A stretch of 64,000 bases of DNA from Candidatus Latescibacterota bacterium. GTDB lineage: Bacteria; Latescibacterota; UBA2968; GCA-2709665. This document shows positions 36,652-47,451 of this stretch, piece after piece. The notes beneath the pieces were generated by a model that was not told the DNA's origin, did not search any database, and saw nothing but the letters and a program-made list of their open reading frames with translations. Numbering within the stretch: position 1 is the stretch's first letter; every line of letters starts with the position of its first letter. The position numbers and the translations under genes were made by a program. The stretch lies in the NCBI GenBank assembly GCA_963662665.2, contig CAXXJS010000050.1, positions 32,001-96,000 on the forward strand, written 5' to 3'.

Positions 36652-38628
36652 ATGAAAAACACCCGCGCGATCATCTTCGATCTGGACGGTACGCTCTTCG
36701 ATCTGGATCCACTGGTTCAGGCCGCCCGAAAACGGGTCGCGCGCCATCTGCACGTCCATGGATTCTTTGCCTCCGAATCCTGTGCCCTCCGCCTTATCAA
36801 CGACATGGAACGGCGGCATGGGCCCTACTACTCTTCGTCTCCGTACTATTTCGCCTTCTACGATATCGCAAAAAACCTGCAGCGCGACAAACCCGATCGA
36901 TTTGCCGACTATATCAACAGTCAGCGTCCCAACCATCGAAGCCTGGAAGACACCGATACCGTCGAGGCCTTCGTTGCCCAGCTCGAATACGTTTACAACA
37001 GCGACTCGGTTGAAGACGTAAAGCTCTTCCCGGGCGCCGTCCAGACCCTTAAGGAACTTCGTGACGCCGGCTGCATGCTTTTCTTGGTGACATTCGGAAG
37101 AATGCTGCGGCAGAAAAACAAAATCGACTTGCTCAGCATTGCACCCTATTTTCATGAAATAATCAACGAAGGCCAGCCTTCTCACGACTACTGGTTCGCT
37201 GAACTCATCAAAGCCCATGGACTTTCTCCCGAGGAAGTCGTCTGCGTGGGCGACAGGGCCCAGGATGAGATCAGGGCGGGCAACCGTATCGGATGTACAA
37301 CGGTCTGGATGCGCCGTGGAAGATACGCCGAGGAAGAACCCGGAGAGGGCGACCGGCCAACCCATCAGATCCGGCTCCTCCCTCAGCTGTCTACCCTCAT
37401 CCATCTGGCGCGTATGGACAAAGACCGGGGCCGGCTGAAGGTGGCCGTACTCGGGGGCGGCACCGGGCTTCCCATTGTGTTGCGCGGCATCCAGACCTAT
37501 ACAGATCGCCCCTCCGCCGTCGTGGCGGTAACGGACACCGGTGCTTCATCGGGCCGCATACGCTGGAATCTGGGCGTTCAGCCGCCTGGCGACATCCGCA
37601 ACGCGCTCACCGCGCTCGCCGACCGGCGCCGGGTCTCTCCGGGACTCGTCCGGGTTTTCCAGCACAGGTTTCCGGATAGCGAACGGGAAGCCGGGATCTT
37701 CCGAAACGACAATATCGGTAATTTCCTCATTGCCGCGTTGACCCAGCAACTGGGGGATTTTCAGAAGGCCATTCAGACAGCGGGCGACATTCTGCGTATA
37801 CGCGGTGATATCTTTGCCGCCACCAGCGAGAACGTGGACATTTGCGCCGAGCTCGAGAATGGCGAGCAGCGGTATACCGAGTGGATGGTACGCCAAACCG
37901 GCAAACCTCCCTTGAAACGCGCGTATCTTGTCGCCAACAGCGATATCCTTCGGGAATTGCAACAGCCTGACGGGGCCCTCTTTCGCAAAGACGATTCCCG
38001 AACGGGCCAGGTGGAAGTCCACGCGAGGCCCGGAAGCAACTTTCGTCCCGCCAATAGTGAAGTCCGGGCGCCGCGTGGTGCGGTGCAGGCCATCGCGGAC
38101 GCGGACATTGTGGTGCTCGGCCCCGGCAGCCTCTTCACGAGCGTGATCACGAATCTGCTCGTACCGGACATCCGGCGGACCCTGTGTGCCCGGCACCACG
38201 GAAAGACCTTCTACGTCTGCAACATCGTGACCCAGCCGGGGCAGACCGACGGATTTAGCGCATCGGACCATCTACGCGCCATCCTGCGCCACTTCCCCGA
38301 AGGACATACCGGTTTCCTGGACCACGTGCTTGTGCAGGATCCGGACGCGTTCCACAGGCCCGGAGGCCGAAAATGGCAACCCGTGTTGCATGCCTACCTC
38401 CGCGACGGCAAGGAACCCGTGTCGTGCGATCCAGATGAGATCCGTCGTCTGGTAACCTGTACGGTTACGGATCTGCTGGAGGACTACACCTCCGAGGTTA
38501 AGAGCCGCCGTGCGGGAGACTTTATAAGCCACAATCCCCACAGGGTTGCCGACGCCGTCTGCCGGATCTATTGCGGGTTGGAAGTGCCTGATTACGGGGA
38601 GTTGGACAATGGCTCGGCGCCCGATTGA
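36652..38628 (+). CDS. HAD hydrolase fused to a YvcK/GlmR (UPF0052/CofD-like) domain
   Basis: N-terminal DLDGT ... VGD..DE (HAD); C-terminal GGGTG, TDTGASSG, PPGDIRN, GPGSLFTSV, TQPGQT (YvcK). Confidence 0.88.
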   Translation: MKNTRAIIFDLDGTLFDLDPLVQAARKRVARHLHVHGFFASESCALRLINDMERRHGPYYSSSPYYFAFYDIAKNLQRDKPDRFADYINSQRPNHRSLEDTDTVEAFVAQLEYVYNSDSVEDVKLFPGAVQTLKELRDAGCMLFLVTFGRMLRQKNKIDLLSIAPYFHEIINEGQPSHDYWFAELIKAHGLSPEEVVCVGDRAQDEIRAGNRIGCTTVWMRRGRYAEEEPGEGDRPTHQIRLLPQLSTLIHLARMDKDRGRLKVAVLGGGTGLPIVLRGIQTYTDRPSAVVAVTDTGASSGRIRWNLGVQPPGDIRNALTALADRRRVSPGLVRVFQHRFPDSEREAGIFRNDNIGNFLIAALTQQLGDFQKAIQTAGDILRIRGDIFAATSENVDICAELENGEQRYTEWMVRQTGKPPLKRAYLVANSDILRELQQPDGALFRKDDSRTGQVEVHARPGSNFRPANSEVRAPRGAVQAIADADIVVLGPGSLFTSVITNLLVPDIRRTLCARHHGKTFYVCNIVTQPGQTDGFSASDHLRAILRHFPEGHTGFLDHVLVQDPDAFHRPGGRKWQPVLHAYLRDGKEPVSCDPDEIRRLVTCTVTDLLEDYTSEVKSRRAGDFISHNPHRVADAVCRIYCGLEVPDYGELDNGSAPD

Positions 38629-39301
38629 CGCCGTCATCTTCGACTTGGACGACACGCTGTTCGACTGCACCGGGCAACTGACCGAACCGGCGCGGCTCCG
38701 GGCGGCCGAAACACTGGCGGCGGCCCTTCCCGATTCGAATGTGGTTTCCCTCCATCGCCTGCAGGCGGAACTGGCTGACCGACTCAGTTCCTCCGATTCC
38801 ATACGAGAAATCGCCCGCCGCCACGACTTGCCGGCCGACGTTGTGGAGCGTGCGCTTTCAGCCTACAACCGGGGCCAGGTGGAAGACATCATGCCCTTTC
38901 CGGATACGTTCCCCACGCTGGATGAACTCACGGCCAGGACGTACCGCGTCTGCCTGGTGACGACGGGGCGCCCGGAGCGACAACGGCGAAAGGTGCGCCG
39001 CCTGGGCCTTTCCGGCTATTTCAGCGAGGAGCAGGGCACGCTCTTTTTCCACGACGACCGGGACGTTCGTGAAAAAGACGAGGCGCTTCACGAGGCGGTC
39101 CGGCAACTTGGCGTTTCACCCGACCGGATCCTGTCCGTAGGAGACAAGCTGAATTCCGAAATCGCCGCTTCGAAGCGCCTTGGGATGCGCACCGCGCGCC
39201 TGTGCTTCGGCAGACAAGAAAACCAGCGCCCTCGAACCCCCGAGGAACGCCCGGACCACGAATTGAACCGCCTGTCGGACCTGCTGGGATTGCTGCCCTG
39301 A
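38609..39301 (+). CDS. HAD family hydrolase
   Basis: FDLDDTL, VTTG, VGDK..SE; overlaps the upstream stop. Confidence 0.88.
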   Translation: MARRPIDAVIFDLDDTLFDCTGQLTEPARLRAAETLAAALPDSNVVSLHRLQAELADRLSSSDSIREIARRHDLPADVVERALSAYNRGQVEDIMPFPDTFPTLDELTARTYRVCLVTTGRPERQRRKVRRLGLSGYFSEEQGTLFFHDDRDVREKDEALHEAVRQLGVSPDRILSVGDKLNSEIAASKRLGMRTARLCFGRQENQRPRTPEERPDHELNRLSDLLGLLP

Positions 39302-39312
39302 ACAGTGCGTAT

Positions 39313-40185
39313 TCAGGCAGGTTTCTCCTGTTTTCCGAGTTCCACGGTTACACGATCGCCGCGCCGCAACCCCAGCTCCCGCGCGGCATTTCCTCCGTTA
39401 ATCGCAACCTCCAGCGTCTCCTCGCTTCCAAATAAAACCAGCGCTTCGCCGTCCGGAACGTCGGCATACGTGCGGCAGATACCTTCAAACAGGTTATTCC
39501 GGACGCGAACGCGGACCTCGCCGTCGCCTATGCGCCTTCTGCCAAGATTGCTGATCGCATTCCCGAATCGATCCACGTGCACGATCCGCCCCGCAACCTC
39601 GTCGTCGCGCTCCTGAACCGTCCAGGCATCCAGACGGATTGGATTCGCTACAGGCGGCCCCAGATCGGCCGACGGGACCTGGTTCGACAGATGTGCCGCC
39701 ACCGGACCGAAGATATCCCGTCCGTGGAAGGTGGGGCTAACCACGGACCTGAAGAACGCCGCATTCGTGATCTCAAAGACGTTCCACGAGGGCTCGAGCT
39801 GAAACACACCGCTGAACAATCCGTTATCGGGCCCGACGAACAGGTAGTCCGCCGATTCGACCGCGATTGCGCGGCGCGCGCTTCCCACGCCCGGATCCAC
39901 GACGGCGAGGTGAACCGTACCCGCAGGGAAATAGCGGTACGCGCTGGACAGGACATAGGCCCCGGAGGCCACGTCCCGTGAAGGGACGTCGTGGGAGACG
40001 TCTACCAGCGAAGCATCCGGCGCGATAGCGAGCATCGCCCCCTTCATTGCCGCCACGTACCCGTCATAAAGCCCGAAATCCGTTGTCAATGTGATCAGGC
40101 CCAGGGGAGACCTCTCGCGGAAATAGCCAGTGAAGGACGACACCAATATAACGAAAGCGACGCGAAACTGCGAAACCGGATTCAA
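39313..40185 (-). CDS. SAM hydroxide adenosyltransferase / chlorinase-fluorinase family (DUF62); true start probably near 40100
   Basis: LTTDFG, VVDPGVG, GPDNG, TFHGRDIF, DRFGN. Confidence 0.9.
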   Translation of the reverse strand: MNPVSQFRVAFVILVSSFTGYFRERSPLGLITLTTDFGLYDGYVAAMKGAMLAIAPDASLVDVSHDVPSRDVASGAYVLSSAYRYFPAGTVHLAVVDPGVGSARRAIAVESADYLFVGPDNGLFSGVFQLEPSWNVFEITNAAFFRSVVSPTFHGRDIFGPVAAHLSNQVPSADLGPPVANPIRLDAWTVQERDDEVAGRIVHVDRFGNAISNLGRRRIGDGEVRVRVRNNLFEGICRTYADVPDGEALVLFGSEETLEVAINGGNAARELGLRRGDRVTVELGKQEKPA

Positions 40186-40263
40186 ACCCGCCTTCCGGCT
40201 GTCCCGTGAAAAAGCGAGCCAAACCCGTACGTTGCCTTACAAACTAAACCCTGATTCCCGCGA

Positions 40264-40953
40264 TCAAAACAGTTCCGCCTCCTTCATACTCAGGAACCGC
40301 TCCGCCCCCAGAATGATGTGGTCCAGGACCTCGATGCCCATAATCTCACCCGCCTGAACCATCCGGCGCGTCAGTTCTATGTCCTCCCTGCTCGGCGTTA
40401 CGTCGCCGGACGGGTGGTTGTGCGCCAGGATGACGCTGGCCGCGCACGAGCCCACGGCAGGGAAAAATACCTCTCGAGGATGAACGAGCGACGCGTTCAG
40501 CGATCCCACCGACACCTCCTCCCTGCAGATGACCTGGTTTCGGGCATTCAGAAAGACCGCCACGAAATGCTCTTTTCTTCGATCCTTGAACTCCGCGAGC
40601 AATCCGACCGCGTCGGCCGGTTTCGTTATGGAAGGTTCGATTCCCATCCCCTGGTTCAACGCCCGTCTTGCCAGTTCGAACCCGGCAACGAGACCGGCGG
40701 CCTTCGCCCGGCCGATGCCCTTGATTGCCGTCAGTTCCGCCTGCCCCATCCCCATTAGCGCCTGGAGTGAATGCTGTTTCAGGATTTCTCCGGCAACCTT
40801 GAGCACATTCTTGCCTTCATACCCCGTCCGCAGAAGGACCGCCAGCAATTCCTCGTTCCTCAGCGCTTCGGCGCCGAGCCTCTCCAGTTTTTCCCTGGGC
40901 AGATCCACGTCCGCAACACCGTCGATTCCCCTGCGCCGCGCCAGCGTGTCCAT
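40264..40953 (-). CDS. radC: RadC family JAB-domain protein
   Basis: PREKL, GIGRAKA, VHPREVF, HNHPSG, LDHII. Confidence 0.95.
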   Translation of the reverse strand: MDTLARRRGIDGVADVDLPREKLERLGAEALRNEELLAVLLRTGYEGKNVLKVAGEILKQHSLQALMGMGQAELTAIKGIGRAKAAGLVAGFELARRALNQGMGIEPSITKPADAVGLLAEFKDRRKEHFVAVFLNARNQVICREEVSVGSLNASLVHPREVFFPAVGSCAASVILAHNHPSGDVTPSREDIELTRRMVQAGEIMGIEVLDHIILGAERFLSMKEAELF

Positions 40954-41734
40954 ATTGTCGTTTTCCAGGTTGAAGTGAACCGACGTCCAAAAACAAGCTG
41001 TCAGCGTTCAGCTTTCAGCAATCAGCCAAAACCGGTGAGCAAAGTGGCCGGGTGATACCTAATGACGATATCAGCGCCAGGATGTTGGCCGGAAAAAGGA
41101 TAAAGCAAACACCGTTCCGTCAGGACGAGAAACGTCAGTGCGTCCTGAAAAGAGAGTGCCGCACGACTTCGCGGTTCAAATCTGCCGGCACGGGCCGCAC
41201 ATTCTGTTCAAGCCCGTCGATTCGAAAGGAAAGATCCGTCCATACGAACGATAAACGCGAGAATCGGTTTTCCGGAAAATAATACCGGAAAGTGCTGACC
41301 CTTTTGGTTATATTCTCAACCGATTCGTCGATGGCGACCCTGCTTATGGATGATTTCAAGCAGTCCTGATCGCCCGGCGCGCAGTCGTTGTCCCACGAGG
41401 GGATCGTAAGCTCTCAGAACGGGAGGATGATCCTAGATGTACCGGGCGGCCGCGGGGGGAGGGCACCCGGATTGTGCGGAACTCCTGATGCCGCCCGCCG
41501 CCGGCGTTCACCATGAACTGCCGATAAAGGGTAACGGCGAGCGGGGAACCACGTCACTTCAGGAGGCCGTTGCGCCCAGCCCCTCGAAAGAGGAAGGTTT
41601 GCCGCTGGGAAGCAAGCTTGCGGTTGCGCGTCTCCTCATCGATGACGGGGCATTCTACGACGTGTATTCGGCGTGCGCTCTGAATGACACGTTCCGGCTG
41701 CACAATCTCATCGGGCTGGACACTGAGGTTGTAA

Positions 41735-42469
41735 ACGCCGCCGCCGGAGCTGGAACTGAAAGGACTCAATAGCGAATTGGATGGATTGAAAGAGAAAGCC
41801 CGTTTGGCGAGCAGGCAGTTGAAGATGGTGCAGCAATTATTAGATCGCGGCGGGCTTGCCAGCGCTGAAGACCTGGAGAAAGCCAGGGCGGATTCAATTC
41901 TCGCCGCGACGCAGATTGAGAAATCGTTGTCAGCGGTGGAACTGTTGAAATTGGGGCCTATAACTCCCCTGCGCAAGAAGGCGTTTTTTACGTTCAAGGC
42001 AAGGGATGCGGAAGTTGCCGATGCTGAAGCCGCATACACCGTGGTTCGCCGGCAGTTGCGAAACTACACGTTGTTGGCGCCAGTGCAGGGACGGATACTG
42101 ATGGTCTTGCGCAAGGCGGGCGCCGTGCCTGCCGTGGGCGATACGCTGATGTTGATCGGCTCGGAGGATCCCATGTTGGCCGAGTGCCGCGTGCCGGCAG
42201 AGTTCGCTCCCTGGCTGAAGGCGGGGCAGCGGGTTGACCTCTGGCCGCAATGGGAAAGCTCATTTGAAATTTCAGGAAGGGTTCATTCCGTACGGCGGTA
42301 CGTTCAACGGGAGAGTTACCCCTCCGTGCGAGTCCTGGTGAAGATCGATTCCGAGCCTCCTCTGATTCCCGGCAACAGACTGGTGGCTGAGGTAAAGCTG
42401 CGCCGCGCCAGTGTTTTGGAGTTGCTTCTGTTTCCGTTTGACTGGTCGATCGCCGGCGGACTGGAATAG
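41735..42469 (+). pseudogene. 5'-truncated HlyD/MFP-family secretion adaptor
   Basis: Coiled coil plus 'LLAPVQGRI..GDTLMLI..LKAGQRV'; lacks the TM anchor and first lipoyl half; in-frame TAA at 41732. Confidence 0.6.
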
Positions 42470-42578
42470 CCGGATCGGTCTCGTTGTGCCCTGAGTCCAG
42501 GTTGGTAATGAGCAGCTTCGATCTGACGAGGATCGGCATGTGCGGATCGGCGTGCCGTGCGGCTTTGGACGGATGGCG

Positions 42579-43517
42579 TCAGACGCGGACGAGCTTGCGG
42601 AAACTGCGCATTTCCCGGGGAGGATCCAGTTGCGAACCGAAGGCGCTCCAGGACACTTCTCCAACGTAGATATCCCCATGCGAATCCACCGCCAGCCCGT
42701 GCGGAGCAGTGAACTGACCCGGACCCTCGCCGGACATGGGGTCTCCCAGTCTTGCAAGGCGGTTGCCCGCCGGATCGTGAATACTTACGCATGAGCCCAC
42801 GTTGGGATAGGCTGCGTTAACCTCCAGTTGCGTGGGCAGCTGCCCGACGTACACGAGGTCGTCGTCGATGTGCAGGCCGCATGGGCGGTGCAGATTGTTC
42901 CACTGCGTAAGATAGTTGCCCTCGGGGTCGAATACCTGCACTCGGTGGTTTTCCCGGTCGGCGATATAGACGGATCCGCGGCTGTCCGTACAGACGCTGT
43001 GTACCAGGTTGAACCGGCCGGGGTCCGTTCCGTAGTCACCCCAGGAGAACAGGTGTTCCCCTTCCGGCGAGAACTTGTGCACCCGTGCGTTGCCGTAACC
43101 GTCCGAAATATAGAGGTCTCCGGTTGCAGGATCGAAGGCCACTTTGGTAGGCTGGTTGAACGGCGTCCCGCTTTGAGCCGGGGCGCCCCGACCCGGGGTT
43201 CCAATCACCATCAATACCTCGCCATCCAGCGTACACTTCCTGACGCAGTGACCCTGGTCGTCCACGCAATACAGCATCCCGTCCGGACCCAGCGTCAGGC
43301 CGTGGGGGCGCACAAACAGGCCCTCGCCCCAGGATGACAGGAATTGCCCGTTTCTGTCGAACACGATAACCGGATGTTTGCCGCGGTTGAACACGTAAAC
43401 CCGGTCGTCTGAATCCACGACCATATCCACCACCTCTTTGAATCGCCAGCCGCGGGGCAAACGCGCCCAGTCGGACTGTTCCTCATACTGGTATTTGCCG
43501 CTGCCCAGAAGCGCCAT
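42579..43517 (-). CDS. NHL-repeat protein (peptidyl-alpha-hydroxyglycine lyase-like)
   Basis: Repeated PHGL/DGYGNARV/DRENHRVQVF NHL blades. Confidence 0.88.
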   Translation of the reverse strand: MALLGSGKYQYEEQSDWARLPRGWRFKEVVDMVVDSDDRVYVFNRGKHPVIVFDRNGQFLSSWGEGLFVRPHGLTLGPDGMLYCVDDQGHCVRKCTLDGEVLMVIGTPGRGAPAQSGTPFNQPTKVAFDPATGDLYISDGYGNARVHKFSPEGEHLFSWGDYGTDPGRFNLVHSVCTDSRGSVYIADRENHRVQVFDPEGNYLTQWNNLHRPCGLHIDDDLVYVGQLPTQLEVNAAYPNVGSCVSIHDPAGNRLARLGDPMSGEGPGQFTAPHGLAVDSHGDIYVGEVSWSAFGSQLDPPREMRSFRKLVRV

Positions 43518-43832
43518 AGAATACCCCTTTTGTCATAGTTGATTGATGGACCCCCACTGCGGGGCGCGCGTGCGGGAACCACCCGGTACCGCGAAGTTCA
43601 CTGAATTCCGTGCGTGATTCTATCGGTGTCCAGTATACGCCACCGCATTCCGGCCTGTCAACCGGAACACGCGCCGCCGGCAGGAGACCCGTCGCAAGTC
43701 CGGAATCTTGCGCCATCCGTTTACGGGGCACAAATTTCTTGTCTATGTCCAAACACCGCGCTATCTTTTCGCCGTACGTCACTCGAACAGGCAGCGAATT
43801 CCATAACCCAACGCACACAGGAAACCGACTTT

Positions 43833-44105
43833 ATGAACATTTTTCCCGTTCACGCCGCCTTCAGGGGGTTCCAGTGCGACCTCCCGGATGCGCGTATCCT
43901 GAATTGCATCCAGCAGGCGCTGAATGCCGGAAAGCTGAAGCGTCCCTCATTCACGCGCTGGCCCGGGGGCGAACCGATCTCCGTCCACGTCGGTGAGTCC
44001 CATCTGACGAACTGGAGGCGCCAGTACCATGAAGGCGTGAACGTGGACATTCCCGCACACGCGGCGCAAGAGCTGGACGACATTCTCGGCGTGCCCCGCA
44101 CGTGA
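43833..44105 (+). CDS. 90-aa hypothetical protein
   Basis: AGGA RBS, ATG start, GC-rich third codon positions; no family recognised. Confidence 0.5.
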   Translation: MNIFPVHAAFRGFQCDLPDARILNCIQQALNAGKLKRPSFTRWPGGEPISVHVGESHLTNWRRQYHEGVNVDIPAHAAQELDDILGVPRT

Positions 44106-44169
44106 ACGAAACCGGGGACGTTGGGGGGTAGTGGAACTTCCATCTCCAACCCGGAAAAAGGAGTCTGCA

Positions 44170-44979
44170 ATGGACGACGAAGAGAGATATTTCTTTGATC
44201 TCAACGGCTATCTCGTGGTTGAGAACGCCCTCTCCTCAGCGGAAGTCGCCGCGTGCAACGAAGCCATCGACCGGAACGGCCACCAGATTCGAGAACGTCC
44301 CGATGAACAATCCCTCTCGGGTAAATCCAAAACGTTAAAGGGTGAGCAGGGCCGCGGCGACCTGGGCGGCATGCTCACCTGGCCGAAGCCCTGGTGCCAG
44401 CCCTTCAGAGACCTGCTGGCTCATCCGGCAATCGTACCGTATCTCAACGAATTGTTGCGCGAAGGCTTCCGCCTGGACCACGTCTACGGTATCATCATGC
44501 GCCAGGGAACGGAAGGACACGTACTGCACGGCGGCGGCACTACGGACGACCTGACCCATTTCTACCAGTTCCACAATGGCAGGATGCGATGCGGTCTTAC
44601 GGTTGTCGCCTGGATGTTTACAGACTGCGGACCTGGAGACGGGGGCTTAGCGTGTATACCAGGCAGCCACAAATCCAATTATCCGACCCCGAGGGGCGTG
44701 GCTCTGCTGGATAGAGACATCGGCGTGGTGCGGCAGGTGGAGGCGAAAGCAGGTTCGGCCGTAATCTTCACCGAAGCCCTCACCCACGGCACCATGCCCT
44801 GGACGGCCGAACATCAGCGGCGGTCCATTCTGTACAAATACGCGCCGGGACCACTGACCTATGCGAAGGTGTACGTGCCTCAGGGCGTGGAGAACGTAAT
44901 GGACGAATTCACGCCTGCGCAGCGCGCCGTGCTGGAACCGCCGTACCGCACCCAGCGGCCGACACTCGCGGGCAGCTGA
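44170..44979 (+). CDS. Phytanoyl-CoA dioxygenase (PhyH) family protein
   Basis: FDLNGYLVV, LHGG, IPGSHK, FTEALTHG, RRS. Confidence 0.88.
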   Translation: MDDEERYFFDLNGYLVVENALSSAEVAACNEAIDRNGHQIRERPDEQSLSGKSKTLKGEQGRGDLGGMLTWPKPWCQPFRDLLAHPAIVPYLNELLREGFRLDHVYGIIMRQGTEGHVLHGGGTTDDLTHFYQFHNGRMRCGLTVVAWMFTDCGPGDGGLACIPGSHKSNYPTPRGVALLDRDIGVVRQVEAKAGSAVIFTEALTHGTMPWTAEHQRRSILYKYAPGPLTYAKVYVPQGVENVMDEFTPAQRAVLEPPYRTQRPTLAGS

Positions 44980-45077
44980 CCCTATTGAATGCGCCCGCGC
45001 ACGGACAGCGCCAGGGGTAGGGCCCCGACACGGCAGAATCCGGGTGCCGATAACCCGCAATCGGATTTATCGCAAGA

Positions 45078-45109
45078 GATAGCCCCGGTCTGATTCGACC
45101 GGGGCTATC
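45078..45109. terminator. Perfect 13-bp hairpin between convergent genes
   Basis: GATAGCCCCGGTC-TGATTC-GACCGGGGCTATC. Confidence 0.6.
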
Positions 45110-45145
45110 GCACAATTCCTATCGTCCATCCCGCCAATGCCGGGC

Positions 45146-46294
45146 CTACAAATAATTCACACCATACCAAAGTGCAGGTATCGGGAACACCTGCGCAAGG
45201 ATCTCGCCCGCACGACCTCCGGACTTCAGCAGGGCCTCTTCGACGCCGTCCAGCGTGCCGAATATCAACTGCACCGCCGCCCCCTGGTCGGGCGCCACCA
45301 CGCGGTCGCCCCCATACGAGAAGATCATCTCGTCTCCCTGCTCCGTGAAGACCAGGCTTTGCGCTTCCGTCTCTCCCACCACCTCCGCAAAGTAGGGCCG
45401 CATCCGCTCCATGAACTGGACGAAATTGATCAGTGTGACCGTTCCCGATGAATTGGCCGGTGCGCCCGTAAGCCCTCTCGACTGAAGACAATCCTGGAAC
45501 CAGCGGTCGCAGCCCATCACGTGGACGCCGAGCGCCCGGAGGTCCAGTTTCCGGATCAGCTTGCCGAGCGCGCCGGCCAGGCACCCTCGATCTCCTGCCG
45601 CCTCCTGTACCGGTATCCGGTCGTCCGCCTCGCGGGGCTGCTGCACGATCACGTATCCCCGCGTCATCCCGGCTTCACACACTTTGTACACCAGCGCGGG
45701 CCGGTTCATCACAAACCCGTTGAAGGCGTGGGTATAGTCGGAAGGGGGCCGCATCCACCGCACGGGCTCCTCCCGGTACACCGACGCCATCGCGGGCACG
45801 TCGTCCGGAGATGCCTCCACCAGTTCCACGCTCGCGTCGTCGAAATCTCCGGCCCTTTCCGCGGACACGGAAAATTCCCAGTCGCGGCCCACGTACCGGC
45901 AACCGAACCGGTGGTACATCTTGCGATACCCTGAAACCAGCATGAAGTCCACCCCGTCTTCCCGGCAGACGCGCATCGTGTCTTCAAACAGGGCCGTTGC
46001 GTACCCATTGCCGCGGTGTTCTTCGTACGTGGCCACCCCGCCCAGGGACGACGCGCGCACCGTGCATCCGAATATGGACGCGTTCCGCCGCAGCGCGCCG
46101 ATGTGGGAAACGACCCGGCCGTTTGCCACCACCACCCGCATTTCCCCGGCGTGCGCCGGGGTGTAGAAGTGGGGGTATTCTTCCGCGAGTCCGGGCCGGA
46201 ACACCGTGTGGACCAGGTCGCACAGACTCTGGAATTCACCGGGATGCAGGCTGCGCATGCCATCGCGCCAGGAAGAATCGGGTTCTCTGGGCAT
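45146..46294 (-). CDS. Eis-like GNAT acetyltransferase
   Basis: GGVATYEEHRGNGYAT acetyl-CoA motif, YHRFG, tandem GNAT plus SCP2-like tail. Confidence 0.82.
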   Translation of the reverse strand: MPREPDSSWRDGMRSLHPGEFQSLCDLVHTVFRPGLAEEYPHFYTPAHAGEMRVVVANGRVVSHIGALRRNASIFGCTVRASSLGGVATYEEHRGNGYATALFEDTMRVCREDGVDFMLVSGYRKMYHRFGCRYVGRDWEFSVSAERAGDFDDASVELVEASPDDVPAMASVYREEPVRWMRPPSDYTHAFNGFVMNRPALVYKVCEAGMTRGYVIVQQPREADDRIPVQEAAGDRGCLAGALGKLIRKLDLRALGVHVMGCDRWFQDCLQSRGLTGAPANSSGTVTLINFVQFMERMRPYFAEVVGETEAQSLVFTEQGDEMIFSYGGDRVVAPDQGAAVQLIFGTLDGVEEALLKSGGRAGEILAQVFPIPALWYGVNYL

Positions 46295-46425
46295 TCTGGC
46301 CTCCCTTCACCTGGAAACGGGTAGTCTCCAACGAGTCAGACTTACTGCTAAAAAATGATTTGAAACCGAATTCACCCGGGCCGGGACGGACAGACGGGGA
46401 TTATGGCAGTATCCGACGCCGTCGT

Positions 46426-47373
46426 CTACGCCTCTTCCCCCGACATAAAACCAGGCACGCTGAAATATCGTTCCGCCGAATCGCAGATCACCGTGATAAC
46501 GCGCCGGCCTTCGCCCAATTCCTCCGCCACCTGTAGCGCGGCCCAGACGTTTGCCCCGGCCGAAATGCCGCTCAGGATACCCTCTTCGGCCGCAAGGCGT
46601 CTGGAGGTTTCGAACGCATCCGCCGCGGTCGCGCAAATCACGCTATCGTAGACTCCCCGGTTCAGAACCTCGGGAACGAACCCCGCGCCGATGCCCTGGA
46701 TGTCGTGAAGCCCCGGCGCACCGCCGGACAGCACGTTGGACCGCTCCGGTTCCACCGCCACCACCAGGACGCCGGGCATTTCCGCTTTCAGGACCTCGCC
46801 CACGCCCGTGATGGTGCCGCCGGTGCCCACGCCGGCCACGAACGCGTCCAACCGCCCCTGGACCGCATCCATGATCTCGCGCGCGGTTGTGCGCCGGTGC
46901 ACCTCCGGATTGGCGGGATTGGCGAACTGCTGCGGCATGAACGTGTTGTCGGGGGCTTCACGCGCGATGCGCAACGCCTCGTCCACGGCGCCCTGCATGT
47001 CCTCCACGCCCGGCGTGAGCACCACCTCGGCCCCAAAGCTCTGCAAAAGGTCCCGCCTCTCACGGCTCATGGAATCCGGCATGGTGAGAACCAGCCGGTA
47101 TCCCTTTGCCGCCGCCACCAGCGCCAGGCCGATGCCCGTATTCCCGCTGGTGGGCTCAACAATGGTCATACCGGGCTTCAGACTGCCGTCCTGCTGTGCC
47201 GCATCGACCATGGCGTACGCAATCCGGTCCTTCACGGAAGCCACGGGGTTGGCGGCCTCGATTTTAACGGCAACCTCGGCCATGCCCGGTTCCACCATCC
47301 GGTTCAGCTGCACCATCGGCGTGTCGCCGATCAGTTCAAGAATATCGTCCGCCACCGCATTCGCCAATGGCAT
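46426..47373 (-). CDS. cysK: Cysteine synthase A
   Basis: SVKDRI, EPTSGNTG, GVGTGGT, HDIQGIGAGF. Confidence 0.95.
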   Translation of the reverse strand: MPLANAVADDILELIGDTPMVQLNRMVEPGMAEVAVKIEAANPVASVKDRIAYAMVDAAQQDGSLKPGMTIVEPTSGNTGIGLALVAAAKGYRLVLTMPDSMSRERRDLLQSFGAEVVLTPGVEDMQGAVDEALRIAREAPDNTFMPQQFANPANPEVHRRTTAREIMDAVQGRLDAFVAGVGTGGTITGVGEVLKAEMPGVLVVAVEPERSNVLSGGAPGLHDIQGIGAGFVPEVLNRGVYDSVICATAADAFETSRRLAAEEGILSGISAGANVWAALQVAEELGEGRRVITVICDSAERYFSVPGFMSGEEA

Positions 47374-47451
47374 GTTGTTCCTCTCGAAGCCTTCAGCCGG
47401 TTCCGGTCAGCGCGTTTGATCCGGCAATCCGGTAGGGTACAAATCCATCGA

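Noticed and set aside
39313-40185. Fluorinase/chlorinase call
   Set aside because: The motifs (TFHGRD) and housekeeping context fit the widespread SAM hydroxide adenosyltransferase (DUF62); no halometabolite cluster nearby
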